DNA from: a virus
Taxonomy: Duplodnaviria > Caudoviricetes
Reading direction: 5' to 3' (one strand)
Virus record (IMG/VR): IMGVR_UViG_3300015607_002835
Location: 6,976 to 70,975 of that record
DNA length: 64,000 nt
Under the pieces are notes generated by a model that saw only the letters and a list, made by a program, of their open reading frames with translations, made no database searches and was not told the DNA's origin. Positions 21,417 to 32,776 of this stretch are shown in pieces. The translations under genes and the position numbers were made by a program. How positions within the stretch are numbered: the stretch's first letter is position 1; each line of letters begins with the position of its first letter.

Positions 21417-22469
21417 TTAGGCTTTGGAAACTTCGCCTTCAGCTTCTTCTTGCTTCTTGGCATAGATCGAGTGGATCACACCAGCCGCGATGATGGCAGC
21501 AGAAGAAAGACCGACGATGGCTTCAGGGATATGCATGAAGGTACCGATGAACATCGTAGCAGCCAGTACACCGATTGCCCAGAATGCCGAGTGCTCGAGG
21601 TAGGCAAATTCGTCAAGGGTGCCCTTATCAACCAACATCAGGGTCAGCGACCGCACAAACATTGCACCGATACCAAGACCTGCAGCGATGATGAAGATGT
21701 TGTTGGTCAAAGCGAAAGCACCGATTACGCCGTCAAAGGAGAACGAAGCATCGAGGATTTCAAGGTACATGAACATTGCGAAGCCAGATTTTGCCATGGC
21801 GGCACCACCAGAGTGATTCACCATTTCTTCTTCGCTGGATTCCATTAGAGCACCGAATCCGTCGGCGATAATGTAGGTCACGATACCAGCCAGGCCGCTC
21901 AACCAGAAGGACAAGTGTTCTTCAGACGGCAGGAACTTGGTAACAGCATACATCGAAGCGATGGTCAAAGCGACTTGTACGGCTTCAATTTTACCAATGG
22001 CGGCCATCGGCTTTTCAATGATACCAATCCAGTGGTTGTCCTTTTCTTCGTCGACAAAGAACTTCCAGAACACCATTGCCAAGAAGGCACCGCCGAAACC
22101 AGCAACCTGCAGATGCGCAGAAGTCAGAGTTTTGGCATAATCGTCAGGCTTGAAGATTGCGAGTTGCAATGCTTCGAGCATATTGACATCTGCAATAATG
22201 GCAACGATCAGCAGCGGGAAAACCATTCGCATACCAAAAACTGCGATTGCCATACCCCACGTGATGAAGCGATGACGCCACTTGTCGTCCATATCCTTGA
22301 TTACCGTTGCGTTAACAACCGCATTGTCAAAGGATAGCGAAACTTCCAGAACACCAAGCAGAAGCGTGGTGAAAAGGGCGGCAGTACCACCCAGGAAGAA
22401 AAAGACTAGGGCACAAACGACTACCGTGAATACGATAGAGCTGTGAAAATACTTCATAATGTTTTGCAT
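21417..22469 (-). CDS. TerC-like DUF475 integral membrane protein
   Basis: LEVSLSFDNAVVNA, F.TWG..IAVFGMR, LEILDASFSFDGVIGAFA. Confidence 0.9.
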   Translation of the reverse strand: MQNIMKYFHSSIVFTVVVCALVFFFLGGTAALFTTLLLGVLEVSLSFDNAVVNATVIKDMDDKWRHRFITWGMAIAVFGMRMVFPLLIVAIIADVNMLEALQLAIFKPDDYAKTLTSAHLQVAGFGGAFLAMVFWKFFVDEEKDNHWIGIIEKPMAAIGKIEAVQVALTIASMYAVTKFLPSEEHLSFWLSGLAGIVTYIIADGFGALMESSEEEMVNHSGGAAMAKSGFAMFMYLEILDASFSFDGVIGAFALTNNIFIIAAGLGIGAMFVRSLTLMLVDKGTLDEFAYLEHSAFWAIGVLAATMFIGTFMHIPEAIVGLSSAAIIAAGVIHSIYAKKQEEAEGEVSKA

Positions 22470-22499
22470 CGAGATCTTCTCCTTGTTGAGAATGAGAAA

Positions 22500-22898
22500 T
22501 TAGGCAGCGACGGATTGGCTAATTGCCTTCAGTTGGTTTTCGATATTGCGAAGAGCAACGAGGAGTTCAGCCTTGCTCTTAGCCTTCGGCGCTTTCGCCT
22601 TCTTGGCCTTCGGAGCGGCAACCTTGCTGGCAGTCAAATTGACGCCATGAACCTTAACGGACAGGATGCGGTCCTTCAGGCGAGCAATCAGGTCTGCCTG
22701 ATTTTCGATATTCGGCTTTTGACGGGCTGCTGGCAGAACGGTTTGAGCAGCGTGCAGCAGATCGGTAAGGCCGACGATACGGCAGTTCTTACCAGTGCGA
22801 ACTTGGGAACGCATCTTCTTCAGCATTTCCATGGAAGCCAGGGACTTTGCCTTACGAGCAACTGCGTCGATTTCGTTTTCATTCCACTTAATCATCAT
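22500..22898 (-). CDS. Basic K/A-rich hypothetical protein (possible nucleic-acid binder)
   Basis: KVAAPKAKKAKAPKAKSK tract. Confidence 0.55.
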   Translation of the reverse strand: MMIKWNENEIDAVARKAKSLASMEMLKKMRSQVRTGKNCRIVGLTDLLHAAQTVLPAARQKPNIENQADLIARLKDRILSVKVHGVNLTASKVAAPKAKKAKAPKAKSKAELLVALRNIENQLKAISQSVAA

Positions 22899-22917
22899 TT
22901 TTCCTTTTGGTTGGTCT

Positions 22918-22943
22918 AATCATGCTATTGATTTAGCATGATT
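22918..22943. promoter_or_regulatory. 26-bp palindromic operator candidate, copy 1
   Basis: AATCATGCTA-ttgatt-TAGCATGATT, next to the -10 box. Confidence 0.6.
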
Positions 22944-23505
22944 AGAATTATATCTTAAATTTCAGGTTTTGTAAACTGAAATTTTATTAGTACACTGCTT
23001 TCGAGAAATTGAACGGCTGATTTTGCGCGACACCATGTTGACGCTTGCGCTTCGGATTGGCGCGATTCAGGAATTGCGGAACAGTTTGGACGAAAGTAAC
23101 CGCCTTGCCATTGGCTCGAGTTACAACTGCGGTATTCCAACAATTGGTACCAGAAACCCAGGAGCAGGTGACTTCATCGATTTGCTGAGCGAGATGCTGA
23201 TCTTCAGGGTCGACAATCAGGAAGGCTACCTGATCCGGCGTAGTGTTGCGACCATTGCGCAGCATGCGGATTTGAACCTTCTTGGAGTAGACGTTGTCAG
23301 GAATCGTTGCTTGAGTCTGAAATTCTTGAACAACGGGTTCTGCCTTTTTCTCGACAGTCGGAGCGGTTACAACAGAAGAAACATGCTTTTGCTTCAGCCA
23401 TTCGGCATATTCGAAGCTTGCGGCGCGATTGAATTCGCGAATAGCATTGAAAACTTCTTGTTGAAACGAATTAAGCTTGAAAGTCATATTCATCATCCTT
23501 ATTCC

Positions 23506-23531
23506 AATCATGCTATTGATTTAGCATGATT
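23506..23531. promoter_or_regulatory. 26-bp palindromic operator candidate, copy 2
   Basis: Identical 26-mer, same position relative to its promoter. Confidence 0.6.
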
Positions 23532-23563
23532 GGAATTGTATCAACTTTCCCGAAAAAGTAAAC

Positions 23564-24316
23564 TTATTTTGCGAACTTCTTAACCCAATTGCAGAATTCT
23601 TCGTTCAGAAGCTGCATATAGAAGTCTTCGTCGGACACCTTCTCGAGACTTTCAATCTTAATGAAGCCAACATTCGGATACTTGTCAGCAATTTTCTTCA
23701 GCCAGCCGAAGGATTCGTGACCGATACCAACCATCATCCAGTAGATGTTCTTGTTGGCACATTCCTTGATTACCCGTTCAGCTTGTTCATGATCAGCATT
23801 GTCACCATCAGTAACAAACGGAACGAAGATCGGGAATTTTGGTTCGCGGGCGCCGATCTCGAAAGATTCGACGGTGGTAACAGACGGCTTGGCGCCAAAC
23901 AGTTTACCAAAGAACCCAGGCTGTTGTTCAACCTGAGTCACGACCTTCTTTTCTTCAGTGAAGGATTGGTTGATGATATCGACCATAACCGGGGCGTAGC
24001 TCGTACCACCCCACTTTTCGATATTGCGGTTGTTCAGAATATGCTTGTCGATATAACCTTCATGCATGGATTCGGTAACAACCGGTGCTTCGCTGAAACC
24101 GTTGGTGAAAGTCCATACTTCCATTTCACCATTGTCATCGAAGCGGGAAGCCACGGCCAGAAGACGATCAGTCAAATTTTGTACCGTGCCGTTTTCGTAA
24201 AGGCGTTGCATAGAACCAGAAATGTCCAGTGCGAACTTGACTTCACAAGTCACCTGGGGCAGCTTGCGCTTTTCCAGAACGATACCAACTTTTTTCTTCA
24301 ACAGATCAATTGCCAT
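23564..24316 (-). CDS. vWA-domain protein (vWA-TerF-like)
   Basis: MIDAS motif ALDISGSM, GGT.YAP, FVTDG, VGIG. Confidence 0.85.
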   Translation of the reverse strand: MAIDLLKKKVGIVLEKRKLPQVTCEVKFALDISGSMQRLYENGTVQNLTDRLLAVASRFDDNGEMEVWTFTNGFSEAPVVTESMHEGYIDKHILNNRNIEKWGGTSYAPVMVDIINQSFTEEKKVVTQVEQQPGFFGKLFGAKPSVTTVESFEIGAREPKFPIFVPFVTDGDNADHEQAERVIKECANKNIYWMMVGIGHESFGWLKKIADKYPNVGFIKIESLEKVSDEDFYMQLLNEEFCNWVKKFAK

Positions 24317-24866
24317 GAGTCATCTCCTTAAAAGTAATGGCGAAATCATTCAAATAAACATGCAGACGATTATCCCAACTAACAGGAATTCCCTTCGTCC
24401 ATAGAGTATTCCATAGTGCCAAATATCCGTGGGTATCCACGTATTTTTCGGCATCATTCTTTGTCAGAAAGTTTTGAGCGATGCAGTTAGAACCAAACAA
24501 AACTTTCCAACGACGTTCTTTGTGAGACTTTTCAGGTGGACCTTTGTGGTCGATTACCTTTATCTCGTATTCCTCGATTAGGAACTTTCTTTCCAACAGT
24601 AGGTTGATCACGTTCGAGTGCTTCCTTACAGTAGTTCCAATAATGTTGCTGCCACCGACGAAGATAAGAATCTTTCGAAATTTTCAACAACAAACCTAGC
24701 CTTGATCGCTTTGCTGAACCTTCGGTGAAGAAAGCTGAAGAACCTAACAGCTTTCTTTTTCCGTTCGGCAATATTGCCCAAGACTGTTTATTCGTCCGGA
24801 TTTCAGCTTCAGTTTCCCAAACTGGATTCCACGGGCGAAGTAGATCGTAGACAAAAACCTTGACCA

Positions 24867-26036
24867 TTACTTCGATTGAACGACCAGCTTCTGGTACAGT
24901 TCCTTCTTCATGTTGCCAATAGAAGCCGACATTTGCTTGCGTTGTGCTTCGCCTTCAGCTTCAATCTTTTTCATTTCTTCGAAGGTCGAAATCAGGGTAG
25001 TCTGCATGTGTTGCAGAGATTCCAGATCAATAATGCTGCGCTGGTTGGAGCGAGCAACGGAAATTGCATTTTCACCGAGCATGTCTGCGTTTGCCTTGTA
25101 GAAATCGTTGGTCGCATCGTCAACGGTTTGTGCAAGATGAGCTGCTTTCTTCTGTTCGTCGAGAGAAACGGCCAGAATAAATTGCTTCTTCCATGCAGGA
25201 ATCGTCAAGGTCTTCGCGTTGTTGAACTTCTCGATCAACATTTGATTGTTGGACTGGATCATGCGAATTTCAGGCATCGCATGTACCGCCATCATTTGGC
25301 AAGCTTCAAGGTCAGACAGTCGCTTGCTGAAACGACCGATGCGAGCTTGCCAGTCAGTGTAGCTTTGGGCCGCGATCGGATCATTGATCTTACCGGTCAG
25401 AACCGCTTCGTTGCGTTGTTCTTCGAAGGTTTCTTGTTGAAGCTTGAGAAATTCCTTACCCTCGGTCAAGAGAATTTCCAGCTCGTTGTACTCAGCCATG
25501 TTGTGATCATACAGCTGATCCAGCAGCTTGATACGCTTTTCAAGTGCTTCATTCGTATTGTCCAGCTCGCCGATGACCTTGTCGATTTGGTCTTTCAGAG
25601 AGTTGAACTTAGCAACGAACTTGTCACGACGCTTGTTGAACGAATCAATCAAACCGCCGATCAACGGAATCTTGGAAGAGGTTCCATTCAGATCGGAGAC
25701 GTTCAGCTCTTTCGCGATCGAAACAATTGAAACAAGCTTGTCGCCGACTTGACCAGTGGAAGAAGTTTTCACATATTCGAGAACTTCATCTGCAAACTTT
25801 GCGACGTTCTCTTGAGCCTTCGCACCGTAGTTCGAAATAGAGACCGGATTGGAAAGGTCGAGATTTGCGATAGCAGTAGAGGTTTGGCGATTACCACGAC
25901 CAATCGATTGCTTGGTAGTAATCTGACCGACTGATTGTTGGACCGCGATATTTTGCTGAACCGCAGTCTTCATTTGGTCCAGAGTTGCGGTGGCAGATTG
26001 TGCAGCAGGTTGTTGAGCGAAAAGAGGTTTCGGCAT
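24867..26036 (-). CDS. telA: TelA/KlaB toxic-anion resistance protein
   Basis: I.NYGA.AQ, LD.LY..N..EY..L, TIP.WK.Q, N.F...NA..L. Confidence 0.85.
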   Translation of the reverse strand: MPKPLFAQQPAAQSATATLDQMKTAVQQNIAVQQSVGQITTKQSIGRGNRQTSTAIANLDLSNPVSISNYGAKAQENVAKFADEVLEYVKTSSTGQVGDKLVSIVSIAKELNVSDLNGTSSKIPLIGGLIDSFNKRRDKFVAKFNSLKDQIDKVIGELDNTNEALEKRIKLLDQLYDHNMAEYNELEILLTEGKEFLKLQQETFEEQRNEAVLTGKINDPIAAQSYTDWQARIGRFSKRLSDLEACQMMAVHAMPEIRMIQSNNQMLIEKFNNAKTLTIPAWKKQFILAVSLDEQKKAAHLAQTVDDATNDFYKANADMLGENAISVARSNQRSIIDLESLQHMQTTLISTFEEMKKIEAEGEAQRKQMSASIGNMKKELYQKLVVQSK

Positions 26037-26055
26037 TTAAGTCATCCTTGAAAAG

Positions 26056-27162
26056 TTAAGCAGCTTCCGCGGCTTTGATCGTCATTATATCACAAATAGA
26101 TTTTGAAAGTAAATCTTTATTTTTCTGAACGTTGTCAAAATTATTCGACGTGATTGCAGAAATCAGGCTTTGCTTCCACAACGGAATAAGGCTTGTCATC
26201 ATGTTGCTAAGGTTTTCAACCATCTTCACGTTGGTGGATTGTGTCATTCGAATCTGAGCAAGAGTCAGTTCATTCTGACCTACGGTGAGCTCAAGAGTTT
26301 CAATTCGCTTGACAAAGCTTTGGTAAATGTCAATCTCGTCGCGAGCATTTTGTGCAATCATGGTGTTAGTACCTTGCAACTGCTCTTCGAGCTTGGATAG
26401 CTTACGGCGTTGGAACACCTTGATTCGATCTTTGCCAGCAGCAATTGCGATGATCAGGTCCGCATGATAGCTCTTGCTACGATCAAGAAGATCATCAAGC
26501 TTTGGAACAAGGTCAAGGAAGAATTTTACATTCGACTCAATTGAATTGACGACGTTGTCAATTTCAGAAATGACGTCATTGATACGCTCTTCAAGAGACC
26601 GCTTCTTCTTAAACACTGAGAAAAACCCGCCATCTTCTTCCTGAGCAGGGTTGAAGTTGATAAGGCTCTTCAGCTTATTGACGTCAACCGATACGCGAGA
26701 ATTGAAAGAATTGGATTTAGCAAATTCCAAAATATCGTCAACAGCTTTGGCAAGTTTTTTGTTTAGGTCTTGACCGAACTGGAGAACTGAAACTCGATCA
26801 GAAATATCGATGGTTTCGGATTGATCTTTAATCTTGACAATCTCGCGAGCCGTAAATCCCTTGTAACGGATCATATCGTCAGGAGTAACTTCAGACTCGA
26901 CATTCCCTTTAGGTTTAAACAACGGAGCAGGAGTTTCATGTACTTTCTTTTTCTCCTCAACAGTGGGTTTTTGGACCACTGGAGGAACAAATGTTCCTGG
27001 CTGTTTCTTTGGTTGAAGATTCGTCTCCAACACAACTTTGCCGCTCTTCGAATCAGAAACCGTAAACTTGCCAACGAAATCTGTAGTCGCAGGCTTAGTT
27101 TTAGTTTCTTCTTTCTTAGGCGGCAAATTATCAGTGGTAAACAGCGCTTTTGGCACGTACAT
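26056..27162 (-). CDS. Divergent TelA-like paralogue
   Basis: QFG.DL, QIR..Q..N..MVE, LIPLWKQ; adjacent to telA. Confidence 0.65.
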   Translation of the reverse strand: MYVPKALFTTDNLPPKKEETKTKPATTDFVGKFTVSDSKSGKVVLETNLQPKKQPGTFVPPVVQKPTVEEKKKVHETPAPLFKPKGNVESEVTPDDMIRYKGFTAREIVKIKDQSETIDISDRVSVLQFGQDLNKKLAKAVDDILEFAKSNSFNSRVSVDVNKLKSLINFNPAQEEDGGFFSVFKKKRSLEERINDVISEIDNVVNSIESNVKFFLDLVPKLDDLLDRSKSYHADLIIAIAAGKDRIKVFQRRKLSKLEEQLQGTNTMIAQNARDEIDIYQSFVKRIETLELTVGQNELTLAQIRMTQSTNVKMVENLSNMMTSLIPLWKQSLISAITSNNFDNVQKNKDLLSKSICDIMTIKAAEAA

Positions 27163-27199
27163 CTCTCATAGCATCTTAAAAGTTGGTGCTATTATAAAC

Positions 27200-27811
27200 T
27201 CAGTTTTTGATCGTGTAAACCATTACTTTGTTGTTTATGAAATGCCATGGAGAATCTTCTTTAGAATCAATTACATAATCGTATTGATCTTTGTAACTAT
27301 CCCAATCTCCCTCCTTTAAAACCATATCCTTTACACGAAGAAGACTATTCTTTAGAACTCCCAATTCATCTAACGATCCACAAGCTAAATCTTTTTTGGT
27401 TCTTTCAGCAAGGCGAGTAAAAAGAACATCTTCGGGGCAGTCAATATAGAACGATAGAACACCAACATCATAAGGCTTTAGTAGTTCTTTGTAAGGAGCA
27501 AGTCCATTCGGGGTAAGAATGACACATGGAATTTTATCATTCTTCAATTTTTCAGTAAGCTCAAACTTGGTTAGGCCATAAATTTGACCTCCGTGGACGT
27601 TGCTTTCGACAAAGATGTTATTGTCGATATAATGCTCAGCTAAACTTGATGGAATAAAATGGTAGTCTTTCCCAGAAACTTCCCCGTCACGTTGAGCACG
27701 AGTAGTTGTCGTTACCAACTTAGTGTAATTTTCATTTTGCAACATTTTCTCAAGGGTAAATGTTTTCCCAGAGCAAGTCTTACCACTAATGACCACTACA
27801 AATTTGTTCAC
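27200..27811 (-). CDS. gmk: Guanylate kinase
   Basis: ISGKTCSGKT, TTTRAQRDGEVSGKDYHF, YG. Confidence 0.85.
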   Translation of the reverse strand: MNKFVVVISGKTCSGKTFTLEKMLQNENYTKLVTTTTRAQRDGEVSGKDYHFIPSSLAEHYIDNNIFVESNVHGGQIYGLTKFELTEKLKNDKIPCVILTPNGLAPYKELLKPYDVGVLSFYIDCPEDVLFTRLAERTKKDLACGSLDELGVLKNSLLRVKDMVLKEGDWDSYKDQYDYVIDSKEDSPWHFINNKVMVYTIKN

Positions 27812-28244
27812 AATGGTTTACCTTTCGTTATTTTTGTTTTGAATAGGTTCATTGATTCTACGGCTTCATCACTTAGAACTTCTCCAAGCTCCTTTATAAT
27901 CATGACCTTCATGAAAGCAATGGCTAAACTTGGACTTGAAGCTGTAATTTCAGGAAGCGCTTGAAAATAAAGGACAAAGTTTGATTTATCATCCCACTTT
28001 AGGCCAATGTTTTCAGAGCGAAGTTCGCGAAGAATGGTTTCATCGCTAAAATCCTTATTGAATTCTCTACCCTTAAAACACCCATATTCATCATTGATGA
28101 TTGAGACGGATGAAATGCCAAATCCAAATTTCTTTTCAGCACGCCAGCAAGAATACTCTGGGTAAAATTCGAACCCAGAGTATCCTGTCGCGAAGTGAAA
28201 TGCTAGCTCGAGTTCGAAGCCTTTCAAGGCTCCAATCGAAACTT

Positions 28245-28802
28245 TCATGCAAGGGCTTCCTGAAGAATTTCTTGAGGAGACTTAAAACCACCCTTACCAT
28301 TTGCGACGTCAATCACGACTTTATTCGGCAGAATTGACTTATCAAATGCGGCTTTGAACATTTCTTGCTCTTCTTCCTTTTTAGAGAAGTCGAAGCTTTC
28401 ACCATCATCAGTGACGATAGAGAAATCAGAGGTGGTCAACAAAATCAAATTGACTTGTGAGTAGGTGTGAGCACCAAAATCGTCTTCAAGCTTGAAGACG
28501 TAATCGCCATCATACCCACGATAGAGTGGCGCGTAAACATTTTCGCCCAAATGGAAACGATTGAAAATTAGAGGATTACGGAAGAATCCGCTCGCACAGT
28601 TGTCAATCAATGCAAATCCACGTTCAAAAGATTCGGCCTGATAGGATTGAAGGCTTCCATTATAGAACGCCAATTTTTCAGGCTTTGAGTAATGAATCAC
28701 GAAATGAAAACCAAGAGCATCTTGAATGTTCTTGATTAGTGTATCCTTGCCAAGGCGATCAATCCCCTCGACGATGAATACGTCGTATTTAGGTTGTTCC
28801 AT
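28245..28802 (-). CDS. dNMP kinase (thymidylate-kinase-like)
   Basis: FIVEGIDRLGKDT P-loop, IFNRFHLGE.VY. Confidence 0.75.
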   Translation of the reverse strand: MEQPKYDVFIVEGIDRLGKDTLIKNIQDALGFHFVIHYSKPEKLAFYNGSLQSYQAESFERGFALIDNCASGFFRNPLIFNRFHLGENVYAPLYRGYDGDYVFKLEDDFGAHTYSQVNLILLTTSDFSIVTDDGESFDFSKKEEEQEMFKAAFDKSILPNKVVIDVANGKGGFKSPQEILQEALA

Positions 28803-28831
28803 GAATTTTCTCCAAAAGAGGAATTATATCA

Positions 28832-30544
28832 TCAATTCCGGTTGCTTGAAACATCAAATTCGTCTCGCCACACATTGAGAGGGCTATTGAAAAGACGCTG
28901 TGCATTTGCATCAAGAATGTAAGTTACTGCGTAGTCATCCATACTTCGAACTGAACGGCCGCCACCTTGAACAATCTTCTGAATAGTGAGAAGATTGTAA
29001 ATATTTGGGTGATGTTCGAGAATATACTTCATTCTCTTCTCAGCCAACGACGGGAATGGAGCCTTCACAATGATTTGATAACGACTGTGATCACCTGGAA
29101 GGTCAACACCTTCATAAATTGATGGTGACAGCATTATCTTTGGTCCCTTTGACTTCTTGAACTTCTCGATTAGCTCATCAGCCTTCATACCACGAGTGTG
29201 TTCAAAGACCTCAAAGTCTGGAAGCTTAAGAGAACGAACCACTTTAGCAAGACGCTCAGTCACTACAAAACTTGGGGTAAGGATAATTCCATTTTCTTGA
29301 AATTGTTTCACGTGCGTGTCAACAATTTGTTTAACGCTTTCACATAAGTTATTGATTGTTTTCTCATCTTGCATTGAACGATAGTTCAAATTCTGAGTGT
29401 TGAAGAACATTATGTGCTTATGCTCTTTGGGGAAAGTAGGATCAACCTTGATGAATTCAACTTTATTCGGATCAATCTTAAGGGTTTCAGTGATGTAATC
29501 CTTGGAGATTGTCGCAGACATGAAGAGGTTAAACTCAGAGTGAACGAGGGTTTGCTCAAACATACTACCAATGAAGATCGGCTTTACTGTCGCCTCCATC
29601 GTCTCCTTGTTGAATTCGAAAATATGCTCATAGTTGTAAATGAGCAGATCGTCGATTTTGCAACCTAGGCCACGGTACTTATTTGCAAGCTTAGAATACT
29701 TGGTGTACTTGTTGATGTCATAACCAGACTCTTCACACAGGCGTTGGGCCTCATTGAATGCCGTGTTATAGACTTCGTGAAGAACTTTAAGATAGCCCTT
29801 ATAGCTGGATTCGTCAATTTTACCAGCTTCTAGGTCTTGTTGAACCTTTTTGAGCCGCTTGAACATTTCAAGATCGCCAAGTTTGAGATTCTCAGCAAGT
29901 TCTTCATAGAACTTCTTCAATCGTTCCTTCGAAAAGTAAATTGCATTGTGCTCACAGAAGGCATCGTTGATAGTGTGTGCTTCGTCCCAAATTACAACAT
30001 CACGAACTTCGAAAATATCGGAGTATTGACGATCGACAAAGTAGTAGCTGAAGTTAGTGATAACATTCTTAGAGTCATTTTTCATCCTCTTTAGAATTTG
30101 ATACTCGCATTTGTTGCAGTACTTTGACGTGATGTCTGTCAATCCTTCCTTTCGGAATTTTTGAAGAGCACAACTTTCAGCAGAAATCTTTCCGTCTGGG
30201 CCATCAGTTGAAAGTGCCTCACATGCGTAGTTGTTGGCACCTTTAAGTTGCAAAAAGCAATGCTTACCAAACTTAGAGAAAGTCTGGTAATATTGCTTTG
30301 TTAGTGCATTGTTATGCATAAGAATCAAAGACGCGAGCTTTGATCCTCTTAGAGCATTGATTACATCAGCAATGACCGCACCAATGATAGACTTACCGGT
30401 ACCTGTTGGTGCATTGAGAACAACGTAAGGTTTTTGTCGATCTACAAAGGCTTCGATTACTTCATTGATGTATTTGACTTGGTTTTCTCTTGGAGCCATT
30501 TGCAACTTTTTGAATGACTCCAAGATTTCGTTTTCATACTTCAT
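28832..30544 (-). CDS. DinG/XPD-like SF2 helicase
   Basis: [27 protein letters not shown]; Cys residues for an FeS cluster. Confidence 0.85.
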   Translation of the reverse strand: MKYENEILESFKKLQMAPRENQVKYINEVIEAFVDRQKPYVVLNAPTGTGKSIIGAVIADVINALRGSKLASLILMHNNALTKQYYQTFSKFGKHCFLQLKGANNYACEALSTDGPDGKISAESCALQKFRKEGLTDITSKYCNKCEYQILKRMKNDSKNVITNFSYYFVDRQYSDIFEVRDVVIWDEAHTINDAFCEHNAIYFSKERLKKFYEELAENLKLGDLEMFKRLKKVQQDLEAGKIDESSYKGYLKVLHEVYNTAFNEAQRLCEESGYDINKYTKYSKLANKYRGLGCKIDDLLIYNYEHIFEFNKETMEATVKPIFIGSMFEQTLVHSEFNLFMSATISKDYITETLKIDPNKVEFIKVDPTFPKEHKHIMFFNTQNLNYRSMQDEKTINNLCESVKQIVDTHVKQFQENGIILTPSFVVTERLAKVVRSLKLPDFEVFEHTRGMKADELIEKFKKSKGPKIMLSPSIYEGVDLPGDHSRYQIIVKAPFPSLAEKRMKYILEHHPNIYNLLTIQKIVQGGGRSVRSMDDYAVTYILDANAQRLFNSPLNVWRDEFDVSSNRN

Positions 30545-31763
30545 TAACTGCTTCCTTTTCGGTATAGACTAGCTTGGGGCTTTGACCCTTAGTCACGACC
30601 TTTTCGGAAACAATTACCTTTTCAACGTGATCCAAATCAGGGATAGTAAACATCGTTTCGCGCAAGCAGCGCTCAATAATTGCACGCAGGCCGCGGGCAC
30701 CAGTCTTATTTTCATAGGCAAGCTTAGCAACGGCTTTGATTGCCTTTTCTTCGAACTCAAGTTCAACACCGTCAAGTTCAAGTAGAGCTTGATATTGCTT
30801 GAGTATGGAATTTTTTGGTTCAGTCAGGACACTGCAAAGAGCCGCTTCATCTAGTTCCGTGAGTTGACAAACAACGGGGAAACGACCGATGAATTCTGGA
30901 ATTAGTCCAAACTCTTGAAGATCATCCGGAGTTACATCTTTAGTTTTTGTCTTCTTTTCGGTTTTCTTCTCAACGATTCCCGCAAAACCCATAGTTGGAC
31001 GATCATCCTTTTCGACGATTTCATCGAGGCCAACAAAGGCGCCGGCCGCAATGAATAGGATGTTCGTAGTATCAATGAATTCAGCTTGAGAACCTGGAGT
31101 TTTACGACCGCCGGTCAATTGAACTCGAGCATTCGTACCCTCAACAATCTTCAAAAGAGCCTGTTGAACGCCTTCGCCTGACACGTCGCGAGTAATTGAT
31201 GGACCAGAACCCTTTTTAGCGATCTTATCGATTTCATCAATGAAGATGATACCATGTTTTGCCTTTTCGTGATCACCGTCGGCAGCAAGAATCAAACGTT
31301 GAAGGATAGTTTCGACGTCATCACCAACATAACCGGCTTCGGTCAAAGAAGTCGCATCTGCAATCGTAAATGGAACATCCAAGAACTTTGCGATGGTTTG
31401 GGCCAAAAGAGTCTTACCAGTACCTGTCGGACCAGCCAAAAGAATATTGGCTTTTTGAATGTCGACTGGGGACTTCAAAATATTCTTTTTGTTGATACGC
31501 TTATAGTGATTGTAAACTGCAAGAGCCAAAACTTTCTTTGCTTCATCTTGACCAACAATGAACTGATCGAGATGCGCTACCAATTCGCTAGGAGAAAACT
31601 TGCGATCGGTTTTAGCATTCTTTTTTGCAGCTTTGACCTCTTCTTCGTGTAGCAAAGAATGAGTCAAATCAACACATTCGTTACAAATGAAGAAGTCTCC
31701 AGCTTTCAGCAGCTTTTGAACTTGATCCTTGGTCTTCTCGCAAATAGAGCAGTGTTGAGACAT
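30534..31763 (-). CDS. clpX: ATP-dependent Clp protease ATPase subunit ClpX
   Basis: N-terminal C4 zinc finger, [54 protein letters not shown]. Confidence 0.95.
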   Translation of the reverse strand: MSQHCSICEKTKDQVQKLLKAGDFFICNECVDLTHSLLHEEEVKAAKKNAKTDRKFSPSELVAHLDQFIVGQDEAKKVLALAVYNHYKRINKKNILKSPVDIQKANILLAGPTGTGKTLLAQTIAKFLDVPFTIADATSLTEAGYVGDDVETILQRLILAADGDHEKAKHGIIFIDEIDKIAKKGSGPSITRDVSGEGVQQALLKIVEGTNARVQLTGGRKTPGSQAEFIDTTNILFIAAGAFVGLDEIVEKDDRPTMGFAGIVEKKTEKKTKTKDVTPDDLQEFGLIPEFIGRFPVVCQLTELDEAALCSVLTEPKNSILKQYQALLELDGVELEFEEKAIKAVAKLAYENKTGARGLRAIIERCLRETMFTIPDLDHVEKVIVSEKVVTKGQSPKLVYTEKEAVNEV

Positions 31764-31784
31764 CTTTATCCTTTTTGTTTGATT

Positions 31785-32690
31785 TTACAGCTGGCCGCCA
31801 ATGAAGAACAGATTAATTACTGACTTCCAGTAGCTGTTTAGTTTTTTATAGAATTCGTTTTCAGGAATCTTGGTCTTATCCATATCCTGAAGGATACGCC
31901 AGGATTTTTCGAATTGAATCAGATTTTCAATGGAATCTGGATCAATCTGCATTTCCGGCATATAGAATTCCATTGCTTCATCGGAAGCGATGATCTTCTT
32001 TGCAGCTTCGAAATGCATTTCGTAAATGTGCATTGAAGCAGCATTGTGGTAGTACTTACCAAGTTGAAGATCGGGATAGAACTCGCGAAGTTCCAACATC
32101 ATCAGCTCTTGGAGCATGGTGAATTGGAATTGGTCATTGCAATATCCACGCCAAATGTCGTTGCTTCGCATATTAACAACGAGATGGAGTGCATTGTTTC
32201 GAATGAAGAACTGCAAAGTCAAAGTACAAGGAACATCAAGGTTCATGTAGGTGTAGTCATCTGCATGGTTGATACGGATGATCGCCTGACGACTATCTTT
32301 GTCCTTTTGTAGTAGCTCTTTGGCTTTGTTCCATTGATTGAACGGGTAAAGCTTGGAGTGACCGAAGATACGAGTTCCATAGTTGGAATTTACCGTACCA
32401 TCTTCCTTAGCGATTGCTTCCCAGAACTTCGAGTACATGTTAATGTCCTGAACATTCGGAGAACCGGAAAGATACCAAATGAATTCACCAAGAAGGTACT
32501 TCATACTGGTCTTACGATCAGCAAAGGTGATAACACGATTACGCGGATTCTCAACTACGATTGAGTAGTTGATGATTTCCTTAACCTTTTCTCCTCGGGG
32601 CTTCGTTTCGACTCCGTATTCTAGGAGTTCTTCTAGACATTCTTTGAATGACGCGTTTAGGGTTGAAACTGAAACTTGCGACTTAGCCAT
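31785..32690 (-). CDS. Thymidylate-synthase-fold enzyme, probable dCMP hydroxymethylase/modifier
   Basis: PCT and MRSNDIWRGYCND, with Asp where ThyA has the dUMP-specific Asn; H.Y motif. Confidence 0.75.
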   Translation of the reverse strand: MAKSQVSVSTLNASFKECLEELLEYGVETKPRGEKVKEIINYSIVVENPRNRVITFADRKTSMKYLLGEFIWYLSGSPNVQDINMYSKFWEAIAKEDGTVNSNYGTRIFGHSKLYPFNQWNKAKELLQKDKDSRQAIIRINHADDYTYMNLDVPCTLTLQFFIRNNALHLVVNMRSNDIWRGYCNDQFQFTMLQELMMLELREFYPDLQLGKYYHNAASMHIYEMHFEAAKKIIASDEAMEFYMPEMQIDPDSIENLIQFEKSWRILQDMDKTKIPENEFYKKLNSYWKSVINLFFIGGQL

Positions 32691-32776
32691 TTATTCTAAT
32701 TTCCCTTTAATTGTAGTTATGTGATTGCTACTACCGACTTTGAAATTTTAACATAACGGGGGAAATTTGTAAACTG

